DNA of 64,000 nucleotides from Podarcis filfolensis (lineage: Eukaryota), in assembly GCA_964270895.1 (NCBI GenBank), contig OZ185447.1; one strand, written 5' to 3'. Both the position numbers and the translations under genes were made by a program. The notes under the pieces are model-generated. The model was not told the DNA's origin, searched no databases, and worked only from the letters and a program-made list of their open reading frames with translations. Below, in pieces: positions 1 to 11,559 of the stretch (positions within the stretch are counted from its first letter, which is position 1; each line of letters opens with the position of its first letter).

Positions 1-384
1 GGTAGACCCCGACTTTCTGGGGCTTGGCCTTGAGGGACAGCAGCTTGGGGGGAGACTCAAGGGCCTTGTATTCACTACCGTTCCTCAGCCAGATGGCCCA
101 GAATCCATTGCTGGGCTTGACTTTCACTTTGGCTTCCTTCCTGTTGACGGACTCCTTGGCCACGCCAATGTCCCAGCTGGTTTTATTCCTCACCTCTACC
201 TCCCAGTAATGGCGTCCTGAGGTAAATCCCTGAGAGCCCAGCACACACACGCACTTGCTGAACCTCTCAGGCCCGTCAGGGACCTCGTCCTCAGGGTTGT
301 CTTCAAGACGAACACTATCAAGGTCCTTGGAGAGCACAAGGTTGGGGTGGTTGGTGGCAGGATCCAAGGTGATTTGACAGGGAG
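1..384 (-). CDS. TRIM69/A33-like E3 ligase, last coding exon (PRY-SPRY/B30.2), truncated by window edge
   Basis: Minus-strand translation [26 protein letters not shown]...[44 protein letters not shown]...[16 protein letters not shown]...KVGVY; CAG acceptor at 385-387, phase 1. Confidence 0.93.
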
Positions 385-940
385 CTGTTGGGATACGACC
401 AGCATAATGGTTACCGACACCTTACATTACATTCAGAAATGTTGGCTGCAGGAGATATCTACACTAAACAGGCTGTCCAGTTTTTACCTCAGAGATGCCA
501 AAAGGATTTTCTGGGCCCAGCACACCGCATGTGCATCAGGCACACCACCCTTCTCACACAAAGAGGACATGTATTTGCATATCCTTTGCTTCACATACAA
601 ATTCGTATTGTCTTTGGCAAGTAGGGTAGAGGGCGCAGTGATAAATCAGGGGCCACACACAACAAAACAGAGGACTCAGCTACGTTAGTCAAAATGCAGC
701 GTTATAAATGCGTTATAACACTGTGACACCGAATGGGACTGTAGAGCTAAAATCACAACTCAGTGATATTCTCAATTGTGAGCTTTACAATGGTTTCTCG
801 CAGAGCATTTTCATGGCGTGGTTTTTTATATGTGTAGATCTAGCCACAATGTCAACAGGAGAAACTTTTCCTGTAATTATAGTCCCAGTCTTGAAAAGCC
901 ATAACCTGTTAAATTTCTGCCTGCCACATAGTGGTTAAAG

Positions 941-1076
941 CAGGCTTCCTCAACCTCGGCCCTCCAGATGTTTTGAGACTACAATTCCCATCATCCCTGG
1001 CCACTGGTCCTGCTATCTAGGGATCATGGGAGTTGTAGGCAAAAAATATCTGGAGAGCCAAGGTTGAGGAAGCCTG
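941..1076. mobile_element. hAT-type MITE
   Basis: TIRs CAGGCTTCCTCAACCT/AGGTTGAGGAAGCCTG, perfect 8-bp TSD GGTTAAAG (933-940, 1077-1084). Confidence 0.85.
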
Positions 1077-1111
1077 GGTTAAAGACATTATTATTACACA
1101 CACACACACAC

Positions 1112-1950
1112 TTTTGGATGGATGGCGGCTAAGAGATTGAGGTTGAATCCTGACAAGACAGAAGCACTGTTCTTGGAGGACAGGGGGTGGGCTGGTGTGG
1201 AGGACTCCCTGATCCTGAATGGGGTAACTGTGCCCCTGAAGGACCAGGTGCACAGCCTGGGAGTCATTTTGGACTCACAGCTGTCCATGGAGGCACAGGT
1301 TAATTCTGTGTCCAGGGCAGCTGTCTACCAGCTCCATCTGGAATACAGGCTGACACCCTACCTACCCACAGACTGTCTCGCCAGAGTGGTGCATGCTCTA
1401 GTTATCTCCTGCTTAGACTACTGCAATGCATTCTACGTGGGGCTACTTTTGAAGGTGACCCAGAAACTACAACTAATCCAGAAAGTGGCAGCCAGACTGG
1501 TGACTGGGAGTGGCTGCCGAGACCACATAACACCGGTCCTGAAAGACCTACATTGGTTCCCAGTATGTTTCTAAGCACAATTCAGAGTGTTGGGCTGACC
1601 TTTAAAGCCCTAAATGGCCTTGGCCCAGTATACCTGAAGGAGCATCTCCACCCCCATCGTTCAGCCCAGACACAGGTCCAGCACTGAGGGCCTTCTGGCG
1701 GTTCCCTCACTGAGAGACGTGAGGTTACAGGGAACCAGACAGAGGGCCTTTTTGGTAGTGGCACCCACCCTGTGGAACGCCCTCCCATCAGATGTCAAAG
1801 AAATAAACAACTATCTGACTTTTAGAAGACACCTGAAGGTAGCCCTGTTTAGGGAAGTTTTTAATATTTGATGAATTATTGTATTTTAGTCTTTTGTTGG
1901 TTTCCCCAGCCAGATGGGCGGGGTATAAATAATAATTGTTGTTGTTGTTG
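1112..1950 (+). mobile_element. L2 LINE 3' fragment with RT C-terminal ORF remnant
   Basis: ORF 1122-1574 LRLNPDKTE...LGVILDSQLSM...LDYCNA...LHWFPV; L2 3' end with microsatellite tail. Confidence 0.88.
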
Positions 1951-2265
1951 TTGTTTGTCCTCACAACCTTGTGAGGTAGGTTATGCTCAGAAACAGAACC
2001 TGACTGAAGTCTGCTTAGTATGTTTTGGGGCCAAATATAAATTTGAAGCTGGGCATCCCTGGTCCCAATCCAATACCAAACCCAACATTCCCCAGCTGGT
2101 GCTCTCCAGACAGTGTTGATCTACATCTCCCATCATCCCTGACCTTTGACCATTCTACCTGGGGTTGATGGGACTTGTAGTCAAAGAAGTCTAGGGGCAC
2201 CAGCTTGGGGAGGGGCTGCTCTAGTTACTATGCCACACTGGCTCCTCTGCATGAAACAACAGTTG

Positions 2266-2558
2266 AATGAAGACACTGAGGTCCAGCGCCGAGGGCCTTC
2301 TGGCGGTTCCCTCACTGCAGGAAGGAGGTTACAGCGAACCTTCAGGGCCTTCTCGGTAGTGGCGCCCGCCCTGTGGAAGACCCTCTCTTCAGATGTCTAG
2401 GCAATAAGCAACTATCTTACTTTTAAAAGACATCTGAAGGCAGCCCTGTTTAGGGAAGTTTTTGATGTTTAATGCTGTATTGTGTCTTTAATATTTGGTT
2501 GGGAGCCGCCCAGAGTGGCTAGGGAAACCCAGCCAGATGGGCGGGGTATAAATAATAA

Positions 2559-2610
<52 letters not shown>
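2266..2610 (+). mobile_element. L2 3' fragment with (ATT)n tail
   Basis: High similarity to 1680-1950; shared GCCCTGTTTAGGGAAGTTTT...GGGCGGGGTATAAATAAT end. Confidence 0.85.
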
Positions 2611-2612
<2 letters not shown>

Positions 2613-2715
2613 GCAGAGCAGCTCTGGCCTCAAGTGGCAGATTTTGCCACAGCATCACAGAAGCAGTTTATGCCAAGCTGTTGTGGCAATAAATCCTCAC
2701 CGCTCCGATACTTAC

Positions 2716-2840
2716 AAGGTCTCAGAGCTGGCAGCATCTCCTTCCACACCATGTACTGAATAGGGCCCTTAAACTGGCCCAGGCTGAACTCACGGGCGAC
2801 CACAGGCAGTGTGGATCCTTTGTCATCACTAGGGCAATAT
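2716..2840 (-). CDS. TRIM gene exon 5 (125 bp)
   Basis: ttcctgttcttgcag acceptor, gtaagt donor; encodes YCPSDDKGSTLPVVAREFSLGQFKGPIQYMVWKEMLPALRP; LGQFKGPIQYMVW resembles the TRIM69 motif (recalled). Confidence 0.9.
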
Positions 2841-3332
2841 CTGCAAGAACAGGAAAAAGATTGTATAAAGTAGAATCCATGATTATGAGTGTCACAAGCT
2901 GCTCTTTATCTCCACCCAGTGGCGAGATCTCAAAGTGCTGCTCTTTGTACTAATGCTCATTTAGCTCCTAAATAAGAGTCATACTACATTATTCAAACAT
3001 GGGAGTAGTTGCTAGTGTGGATTAATCGATGCAAAAGGCACTGGTGTTATATTCCTGATCTAGCAGGGAATGAGTTCTAGTTGTGGATCACAGATCATGA
3101 GTGGAAAACAAACAGCAGACAGAGAAATTGAGAAGCAGAGGTTTTTTTAAAATTGTTTTAAAAAGTGATGAGGAGAGGCAGAAGATCCAGGAGCCACAAA
3201 AGACCCTGTCCCACCCTCTAACAATATTGCTGGTACAGCTCCAGTTGCATCCCCAGATGAAGTCAAGTAAATGCATGTTTGCTGAGAGGGTTAAGAACAA
3301 AAGCTGGAGGTTCAGTCATACGGTCTACTCAC

Positions 3333-3355
3333 TTTTCTGTGAAGGCTTTGATGTC
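3333..3355 (-). CDS. TRIM gene exon 4 (23 bp micro-exon, DIKAFTEK)
   Basis: ccttttccttttttttgcag acceptor and gtgagt donor; a 23-bp phase 0-2 exon is typical of class IV TRIM genes and restores frame between neighbours. Confidence 0.85.
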
Positions 3356-4769
3356 CTGCAAAAAAAGGAAAAGGGAAATGACCATTTAGAATATAGCTTC
3401 ATGGATATCACAGAAGCTGCTTAAAACAGGACATCTTAAATTATTTTTCATCACCCTTTTGGGTTTCCTACCTTCCTTCCACAGGAGCCCAGAGTGTCAT
3501 GCAGCCATCGCAAATGACAATCACAATAACACCCATTGCTAAAATAGTAGCTAAAACCTATATCCAAACTCAAAAGTGTGATGCTACAGGCACCGTAAAT
3601 TCTTAAGCTAATGGACTCCTCACTGCGTCTATGTACCAAAGGTTTGAATGAATGACTAAATGCATCTTCAAGCGACACTTAACAGTTGTCAACAACGAGG
3701 ACAACCAACTTTCCTCAGGGCTGGAAGTTCCATGAGCGGGACAGCCACCACCAAGCAGGCCCTGCCTCATGACACCATCCCACGGGCCATACCTCTCGAC
3801 AGGACCGTGAGCTGGGCCCCCCATGACGGTCACAGAAAATGGGCCAGCCCATATGGAGAGAGGCCATCTTGGACCCCAAAGCCATCCCAAAACTGGTTGT
3901 AATATCTCAGCCAAGGTCTAAAGCAGGAGTGGGAAACCTCAGGCCTCAGGGGCAAGGGGCTAAAAGTAGCTCTCCAAGCTTTTATGGGTGTGAAACCAGC
4001 TGTACAAAGGCAAAGATACATATTTGTTGCTCCGCCCACTTTTGCCCCCTGGCCACGCCCACCAGAAGGAAATGCAGTCCTTGATCAGAAAAAGGTGATC
4101 CACCCTTGGTCTAACGGAAGCTAGCAATGCAATTGCCTGTTACACAAGTCTTCCCATGACCTCATCCAAAATGATGACTGGACTTGTGTGTTGCAGCCGG
4201 ATTATATAAATTGAGGCAGTCATGGTGACTTTCTGTAGCCTAGGGCTTGCTCAGCAATGGAAACCCTCTTGCTGGCTTCAGTGGCAGAGCTGGTTTATTC
4301 CATGGGGGTTTCCTTCCCCCACATTCAAAGCTTTTAAAAAATTACTTCAGTTGAACCTCCCTTTCTTTTCAGCAACCCAGTGCTCCGGTGGTTTACAGCT
4401 TGTTATGGAACTTTAACTCAGGTAGGTTCATCTGGTGCCTTCGTTATACATCTTTAGGCACCAGGCAAAAACGTTCCTATTCACAAAGGCCTTCAGCTGA
4501 TTGATATTCTACAGCCTTTAAAAAGGGGGGGGGTATTGTTTTGTTTTAAGTTTTTAATTTGTGCTTTTATTCTGAATTTCTATCTTGTGAAAGCCCCAAG
4601 ATGAAGGGGGGGTTTATAAATTTAATAACTAATAATAATTAATCCCACCTTCTCTAAAAGGGTTTGCAGTTCTTCCAAATTCACATCACTGGCAGCATAG
4701 TCACCATCTCTGGCTGATCAGGGGTGCTGAGGCATGCACAATTTTTTTACTGTGGGTGCCTGGCTGGGC

Positions 4770-5432
4770 AACTAATAATTATTTTATTTCATTTTATTTT
4801 ATTTCATTTCATTTCATTTTTACCCTGCCCATCTGGCTGGGTTTCCCCAGCCACTCTGGGCAGCTCCCAATAGAATATTAATAATAATAACAACAACAAA
4901 GTAATAAAACTTCAAACATTAAAAGCTTCCCTAAGCAGGGCTGCCTTTGAATGTCTTCTAAAAGGCAAATACCGTATTTTTCGCCCCATAGGACGCACCG
5001 GCCCATAGGACGCACCAAGTTTTTTGGGGGGGAAATAAAGAAAAAAAAATATTCCCCCCCCCCCGGCGCTTGTGGGGCAGGCAGCGGGGAGAAGCGCTCT
5101 TCTCCCCGCCGCCCGCCTTCAGATCAGGTCCGGAGACAGCGGGAAGACGCGCTGCGCCTCCCAGCTGTCCCCGGAGCTTGCGGGGCAGGCAGCGGGGAGA
5201 AGCGCTCTTCTCCCCGCCACCCGCCTTCAGATCAGGTCCGGGGACACCGACCCCTCTCGCTCTCCAGGCTTCAGCGAAAGCCTGCATTCGCCCCATAGGA
5301 CGCACACACATTTCCCCTTCATTTTTGGATGGGGAAAAGTGCATCCTATAGGGCGAAAAATACGGTAGTTGTTTAATCCCTTGACATCTGATGGGAGGGC
5401 GTTCCACAGGGCGGGTGCCACTACCGAGAAGG
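4770..5432 (-). mobile_element. L2 3' fragment interrupted by a pogo/Tc1-mariner MITE
   Basis: L2 sequence 4770-4971 resumes at 5368. Confidence 0.8.
4972..5365. mobile_element. Tc1/mariner (pogo-like) MITE
   Basis: TIRs CCGTATTTTTCGCCC/GGGCGAAAAATACGG, TA TSD, internal ~110-bp tandem duplication. Confidence 0.85.
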
Positions 5433-5780
5433 TGCTGTGGCGGGGCACTCAGTCGGGCCCTTCCGCTATGACAGGGGGCTCCATCAGGCCCTTCTGCTTC
5501 GGCACCAACATATGACATCACGCACGCGTGTGACATCACACACACGTGCCAGGCACCCACAATGCTGGGTGGAACTAGGCACACCTGATGTGCAGATTTC
5601 ATTGGCTCCACTTTCCACCTCTTAATCCGCGTCCTTTGCAGGTGGCAGTCCCCCTACATCCCCTTTCTACACAGGTACAGATTTGTCATACCTTCTGCTC
5701 GATCATAATAAGCAAAGAGACACAAGCATATTTCGTTTACATGATTTGTGCAGGATCTCGAGTACCTCTGGGAGACCATA

Positions 5781-6133
5781 AAAAGGTAAAGGGACCCCTG
5801 ACCGTTAGGTCCAGTCATGGCCGACTCTGGGGTTGCGGCGCTCATCCCGCTTTATTGGCCGAGGGAGCCGGAGTACAGCTTCCGGGTCATGTGGCCAGCA
5901 TGACTAAGCCGCTTCTGGCAAACCAGAGCAGTGCATGGAAACGCTGTTGACCTTCCCGCCGGAGTGGTACCTATTTACATACTTGCACTTTGACGTGCTT
6001 TTGAACTGCTAGGTTGGCAGGAGCAGGGACTGAGCAACGGGAGCTCACCCCATCACGGGGATTCGAACCGCCGACCTTCTGATCGGCGAGTCCTAGGCTC
6101 TGTGGTTTAACCCACAGCGCCACCCGCATCCCT
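5781..6133 (-). mobile_element. Full-length Sauria SINE
   Basis: tRNA-like head GGGATGCGGGTGGCGCTGTGGGTTAAACC, (ACCTTT)-type tail, 14-bp TSD TCTGGGAGACCATA (5767-5780, 6134-6147). Confidence 0.9.
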
Positions 6134-6205
6134 TCTGGGAGACCATACCTGCCTGCAATCCAGAAATGATGCCCTCCCCATAGATTTGTTCAGAGACGCA
6201 CTGAC

Positions 6206-6442
6206 CTTCAGGAAGGCTTCGGGGTCCAGCTGCCCCTCCAGCCGTGCCTGGATCTTGGCCACTTGTTCCTCAGCCACACGAACTTGCTCCTGCCCGTTGC
6301 GCTGGTTCCTTTCCAGCTCGCTGAGGAGGAGCTCCTCCTCGCGCCGGATCTCCCTTTTCATCGCTGCCTCCTTCTCCTGGAGCCACTGGTGGAGCTCAGT
6401 GAACTGGGCCGAGAGGTGCTGCTCCAGGCGGAGGCGCTGGGC
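6206..6442 (-). CDS. TRIM gene exon 3 (237 bp, coiled coil)
   Basis: AQRLRLEQHLSAQFTELHQWLQEKEAAMKREIRREEELLLSELERN...DPEAFLK; ttccttctcaag acceptor, gtcagt donor; phase 0-0. Confidence 0.9.
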
Positions 6443-6687
6443 CTTGAGAAGGAACAGCAATGGTGGGGAAAGAAGAATGTGTGAGCGATGGACACCGGCT
6501 CTGATCTGGCAGCCCCAGTGTGCATAGAGAAAAGGGACTGTTTGTGGGAGGAAGCCAGCAGCCAAGTGTTACCCTACCAGACTGAACTGGGATGCACAAG
6601 GCTGTTTTTTCCTTCATTTAGAAGTAGCAGCAACATTACATGCATTTTTAATAATAATAATAATTCCCTGTTTAATAAGAAATATTC

Positions 6688-6810
6688 CCTGTTTAGGGAA
6701 GTTTTTAATGTTTAATGCTGTATTGTGTTTTTAATATTTGGTTGGGAGCCACCCAGAGTGGCTGGGGAAACTCAGCCAGATGGGTGGGGTATAAATAATA
6801 AATAATAATA

Positions 6811-6849
<39 letters not shown>

Positions 6850-7150
6850 CCCCACTCATCTGGCTGAGTTTCCCCAGCCACTCTGGGCGGCTCCCAACAG
6901 AATTTCAAAAACACAATAAAACATCAGTCATTAAAAACTTCCCTAAACAGGGCTGCCTTCAGATGTCTTCTAAAAGTCAGATAGTTGTTTATTTCCTTGA
7001 CATCTGAAGGGTTCCACAGGGCAGGCGCCACTACCGAGAAGGCCCTCTGCCTGGTTCCCTGTAACCTCACTTCTCGCAGTGAGGGAACTGCCAGAAGGCC
7101 CACAGAGCTGGACCTCAGTGTCTGGACTGAATGATGGGGATGCAGATGCT
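6688..7150. mobile_element. Tail-to-tail inverted pair of L2 3' fragments
   Basis: Plus copy about 6688-6845 and minus copy about 6843-7150 share one (AAT/ATT)n centre. Confidence 0.85.
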
Positions 7151-7372
7151 CCGTCAATGTTTAGAACCCAAATTACATGCGATTGCGCTTTAAGGTTCCG
7201 TCTTATCTAATGTCATCCTCTCAGACATGTTTCTGAATAGATTCTGCTGTTTTCTTACACTTCAAACCAAGCATTAAATGCACATTAAAAAGCAAAAGCA
7301 TGTGTGCTGAAAGTAACATGCAGCTTCGCTCCATGAAACATGGGTGGAAGCATCAAAGAGGCTTGGACTCAC

Positions 7373-7468
7373 AGAGATTTCTGGAAATTTCTGGGCACTC
7401 TGCTCTTGCAATGATTTCGCCGCCTGGGCTCTGGATTCCAGCACTGCCTGAGCAGCTGTTAGGACCTC
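7373..7468 (-). CDS. TRIM gene exon 2 (96 bp, coiled coil)
   Basis: EVLTAAQAVLESRAQAAKSLQEQSAQKFPEIS; CAG acceptor, gtgagt donor; canonical 96-bp TRIM exon. Confidence 0.87.
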
Positions 7469-7860
7469 CTGCATGGAAACAGACATGGCAAAGAATGAAC
7501 ACAAAAGGGCAATGAGAATACATTGGCAACTGCTGCTCATGTAGGGTTGCCACTAGCCACAGCGATCAATAGCCTGGTTAGGGGGTTTTGTTTTATTTTT
7601 TGCTTGCTTGGAATTGGGGGGAAGTTTCTGGAAAACCAAAAAGCAACATTAGCCCACTTTACCAGCCATTAGAGGAGACATAAACTTTATGCTGGGCTCC
7701 GCCTCTCGAAGAAACACACCCAGTTTGTTATTAATGGAACATGACTTTCTACCTGGCAATATTTCAAAAAGTGAAAGAGGTTTTGTTTGTTTGTTTTGTT
7801 TTTGGCCAATGTTTTGAGCTTTAATTTTAATGCAATTCGCCAAAATCTACACTGCCAACA

Positions 7861-7965
7861 TGGGCTGCCATACATCCTGATTTTCCCAGACAATTCAGCA
7901 ATTTCCACCCGGATGCTGCTTACAAAGTCTTTGTCCGGGAGATTCCGGACGTACGGCAACACTAA
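7861..7965. mobile_element. Short palindromic MITE (GGGTTGCCA-type ends, possibly PIF/Harbinger)
   Basis: Left arm GGGCTGCCATACATCCTGATTTTCCCAGACA is an imperfect inverse of the right arm TGTCCGGGAGATTCCGGACGTACGGCAACAC. Confidence 0.5.
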
Positions 7966-8294
7966 ATTAGAAGTGGTTCGAGCAACATGAACGACACCCT
8001 CTTCAAAATAAATTGCCTGCAATCCTTTCTTTTCCCACATCCCTTTCCAAATCTGGCATGTTCCTTTTCACCAGACGCTGCCATTTTTTGAGTGAAGCCT
8101 GTATTTATTAAACTGCATGTTTAACGAAGCCATCAACCTGAGTTACAACTGCCCAGCACGTAGCGATGTCTTGCCTGATTTTCATGGCTCTACAAGTGAT
8201 CAACGCTTGCAACAGCTTGAGCAAGAAGGCAATGCACACCCCAGAGGTGCCAGGGCTCAGAGTTAATGCAAACCAGCTCACCAACTAAGAAAGT

Positions 8295-8740
8295 CAGGGA
8301 GTACTACAATATATCCAAAACAATGGGAGAAATTGGAAGGATCTCAAAAGAGAAGATAGACAGGGACTGGAAGGTGTTTAAAGGATACTTGCAAAACCAT
8401 ATTGAAAAATCAGAACTCCTATTAGAATAAACAAGTTCTGTTTTAAATACTGGAATACCAAATAAGATGGATAACAATGTGTAATAGAAAAAGAAGCATG
8501 AAATTAGGTTAAAGGTGTGTGAAAGAAAGTAATAGAAGTGGAAAGAAATTGCAATTGAGTAGATTGGAAGTCTAACACAAAGGTGGGGTGAGGGGTGGTG
8601 GATGGTGATGGGAAAAGGAATTATCTGTGGGATTGAGTGTAGGTATGTTTGAACATTTTTAAGGATTGTATGAAATGTATGTTTGTATATTCACAATATA
8701 TGTGTATTAATGCTGAATCATTTTAACAATAAAAACTTTT
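8295..8740 (+). mobile_element. L1 3' fragment
   Basis: Encodes EYYNISKTMGEIGRISKEKIDRDWKVFKGYLQNH (L1 ORF2 C-terminus-like), G-rich 3'UTR, AATAAA. Confidence 0.65.
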
Positions 8741-10186
8741 AGAAGAAGAAGAAGAAGAGGAAGAAGAAGAAAGTCAGGGAAGCAGTCCAAAGAGTGGCAA
8801 GGTACCTGAGAGGCCCTGCAGACCTGAAACTAAAGGGATCCACTGAGTGAATTGCAGCCGACTCTAGGACATCACAGCTAGGGGAGATGTTTGGAAACAT
8901 ACAGCTAAAGCAGCTTGAGATGATCATGTGCAACTCTGAATCACATCTAGGAAAGACTGTTTGCCTAGAGTTGCGAAACTGAGCTCAAGGTTCAAGTAAC
9001 AGGCATCCTTTTTTTCTCAAAAATGAGTAATGGTCAGGTGATGTGTGAGCCATTCTTCCACTCTGAGACCCACAGGTATCATAGGTATCATAGAATAAAT
9101 TGCACATTCAGATTAATCATGCGGAACAGCCCCGTGGAGATTGCAACACACCAGACCAAAAGGTAAGGAACTCATTGCTTAAAAGCTTCGTGAAGCTTAT
9201 TCTTCTTTCTTTAAACTCCCCACACATATTAAGCTAATATTCAGAGACCCAAAGGCCAGCTCTTTCCTATCTATGTTGTGTACCACCCTGAGATCTACGG
9301 ACGAAGGGTGGTATACAAAATTTAATAATAATATGCTTCTTGGGTTTTGGTTTGTTTTTCACAGTAAGGAATCTAAACATGCAGCCTTCACCTGCATTCT
9401 GAAATAGGGCAGTCCGAAGAGGGCTTTACTGCATTACGATTCTGAATGTGCCAGGTAACAATCGCGTCCAGTTGCAAACATTATGAGAAAACAGGGGATT
9501 TGATGTAAAATGCTCGACTGTTTCTACAAGCAGGGGCCAGCTAAGTAACATCTGGAGAACGTGCTTTGTTGAGCTGCAAAAATTAAGCTATAACGTCCAG
9601 CGAAGCAGAATTCTGGTTGCATGACGCCAAAAACTGGACGGTCCTAAGCAGTGCAAGTTGCGAAGTGGCATGGCCCGCCCCTAGTGGCACAACAGGCTAC
9701 TGCAGCCAGCAACAACAGGCGGTTGTGCAACCGGGTAGAAGTTTGGGGCAGAAATCCCAGGTCCCGCTCAGTGGAATAAACAGAAGCACCACAGCCACAC
9801 AGTTCAGCCCTGCTGTCTTGCCATTTTTTGGAAGCCAGTTAAGTAACAGGCATCATTGCCTAAAAGCAGAGGAGTGCCAGATCTAGCCCATTTCCCCCCC
9901 GTTAAACCCCAAGATCTCCCAAAGACTCACAAATAAAAGCCCAGGCTGGGGGTTTGGAAGCTAGGGGGTTGTTTTCAGGCTCAGTAAATGAACCCAGTCC
10001 ACAGTTTTTCCACATTTGAGTATTCAAAGGCAGCTGGAGGGCACTAGGATGGGGGAAGTCTGATCCGCCCTGGATGCTTTATCCGAGATTCCTGCATTGC
10101 AGGGGGTTGGACTAGATGACCCTCGGAACCCAACTCTAGGATTCTACGATCTAGCCCTATAGGATGCTTGAGCGCCGCCTACCGAC

Positions 10187-10468
10187 CTTGTAGCGCTCCA
10201 CAGCCCCGTCCAAAGGGATGCACTGGTGCCCCCAGTGATCCGGCTGCAGCGCCCTCACCAGGCAGCCGTCGTCGGCGCAGAAGAGCAGCTCTCCCTGCAC
10301 TTCGTCGTCCAGCAGCCCGTCGGGCTCGGCGTCTTCGTCGCTCGCCCGGGCGGACAGAGTCTCCAGGGTCTTCCGCGCCAGCTGGCCCAGGACGCGGTTG
10401 GCCGTGAATTTTCCCCCCGGGATCTCCCGGCGGCACTCCGGGCACGTGGGCAGAGGCGCGTCCTCCCC

Positions 10469-10504
<36 letters not shown>

Positions 10505-10666
10505 TCCTCCGCCGCCTCCGCCGGGCACCTCTGCCCAGTATCGGGCGATGCAAGGCTGGCAATAGTTGTGCCCGCATTCCAGCATCACGGGGTCCCGGAA
10601 GAGCTCCAGGCAGATGGAGCAGATCAGGTCCTCGGCAAAGTGCTCCACTCCCGTCGGGGCCGCCAT
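10187..10666 (-). CDS. TRIM gene first coding exon (C3HC4 RING, degenerate B-box)
   Basis: ATG in CCCCATGG context; CSICLELFRDPVMLECGHNYCQPC...CPEC RING; ends AVERYK at AAG|GTCGGT donor; 480 bp, phase 0. Confidence 0.92.
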
Positions 10667-10869
10667 GGGGATCTCAGGCCTTTCCTACACAGCCCTGGAA
10701 AATGTATTTATCTTTCTCTCTCCTTGCTTTCCTGTTATAAAGTTATTTTCTTCTACTGTGTGCAGGACACCGCCAGCCTCGTCCTCCTCTTCTGACTTTT
10801 CTATTTTTCAATTCTCCCCTTTTTATCTATTTGCTCTTTACTCCTTTTAAAAAAATGGCTAGAAATTAC

Positions 10870-10945
10870 CTTTTTCTTCTTCCTTCCTTCCTTCCTTCCT
10901 TCCTTCCTTCCTTCCTTCCTTCCTTCCTTCCTTCTCTCTCTCTCG
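10870..10945. repeat. (TTCC)n microsatellite
   Basis: Direct inspection. Confidence 0.95.
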
Positions 10946-11357
10946 TCTTTTTTCTGTTCCCCTCGGTTCCTTCGTCGGATTTCCGCTGACCCTCCTCGCT
11001 TCCACCCCGTCGTCTACTCTCGCCTCTCTCTTTCACAGACGGTACGAGAATCCGTACAGATTTCTGGACGATTCTTAAAACGGTTTAAAGGTCTCCCACT
11101 CCGTCCGACGTCCTGATTTGCCGCCTCTGCCGTTTCTTCGACCCCCGTCTTTAAAATCACTCTCCTTTGGGTCAAGGAGCCGCCCCGCCACTCCTTCCTT
11201 GCGCCCGCCCCTTCGGTGCCAACATCCAGATGCATCACAGCCGCGCCAGGCGAGGGGTGCCCCGCCCGCCCCGCCCCAGGAAACATCTGGAGGCTGGAGG
11301 GCATCAAACCGGTTCCAGGTGAGAGAGAGAGCCTCCGGAAGTCCTGAGAGAGGAGAC

Positions 11358-11490
11358 TAGAATCATTGAGCTGGAAGGGACCACGAGGGTCATCTATTCC
11401 AAGCCCCTGTAATGCCAGAATCTTTTTGCCCAGCGTGGGGCTCGAACCCATGACCTAAGATTAAGAGTCTCATGCTCTATCAACTGAGCT
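11358..11490 (-). mobile_element. tRNA-Lys-derived SINE with CR1-like 3' tail
   Basis: Head GAGCTCAGTTGATAGAGCATGAGACTCTTAATCT...GGTTCGAGCCCCACG followed by CR1-type tail; related copy at about 36508-36630. Confidence 0.75.
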
Positions 11491-11559
11491 CTCTTGTTGA
11501 ACAACCTCAATCTTGTTGGCAACCTCTGAGAGCAGGGCAGTGAACATGCTGCTTTTGGT

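Larger units (their letters stand above)
10150..11350 (-). promoter_or_regulatory. CpG island/promoter of TRIM gene
   Basis: High CpG density over exon 1 and upstream; clustered GC boxes (CCCGCCC/CCCCGCCCC) at about 11180-11280. Confidence 0.6.

Noticed and set aside
1122-1574. Functional reverse transcriptase gene
   Set aside because: Only the C-terminal RT end of a 5'-truncated L2, with premature stop; annotated as mobile element
7687-8040. 117-aa ORF
   Set aside because: Spans a palindromic MITE and unrelated flanks; no recognisable domain
8802-8873. 72-bp cassette exon in TRIM intron 1
   Set aside because: Weak GTACCT donor and an immediate stop in the phase needed; no supporting homology
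9674-9689. CTCF-like site GCCCCTAGTGGC
   Set aside because: Core matches but upstream positions deviate; a single motif without conservation or ChIP data is not supportable
11415-11490. tRNA-Lys(CTT) gene
   Set aside because: Acceptor stem 5' strand is missing, there are several substitutions, and it runs into a CR1-type tail: a SINE head
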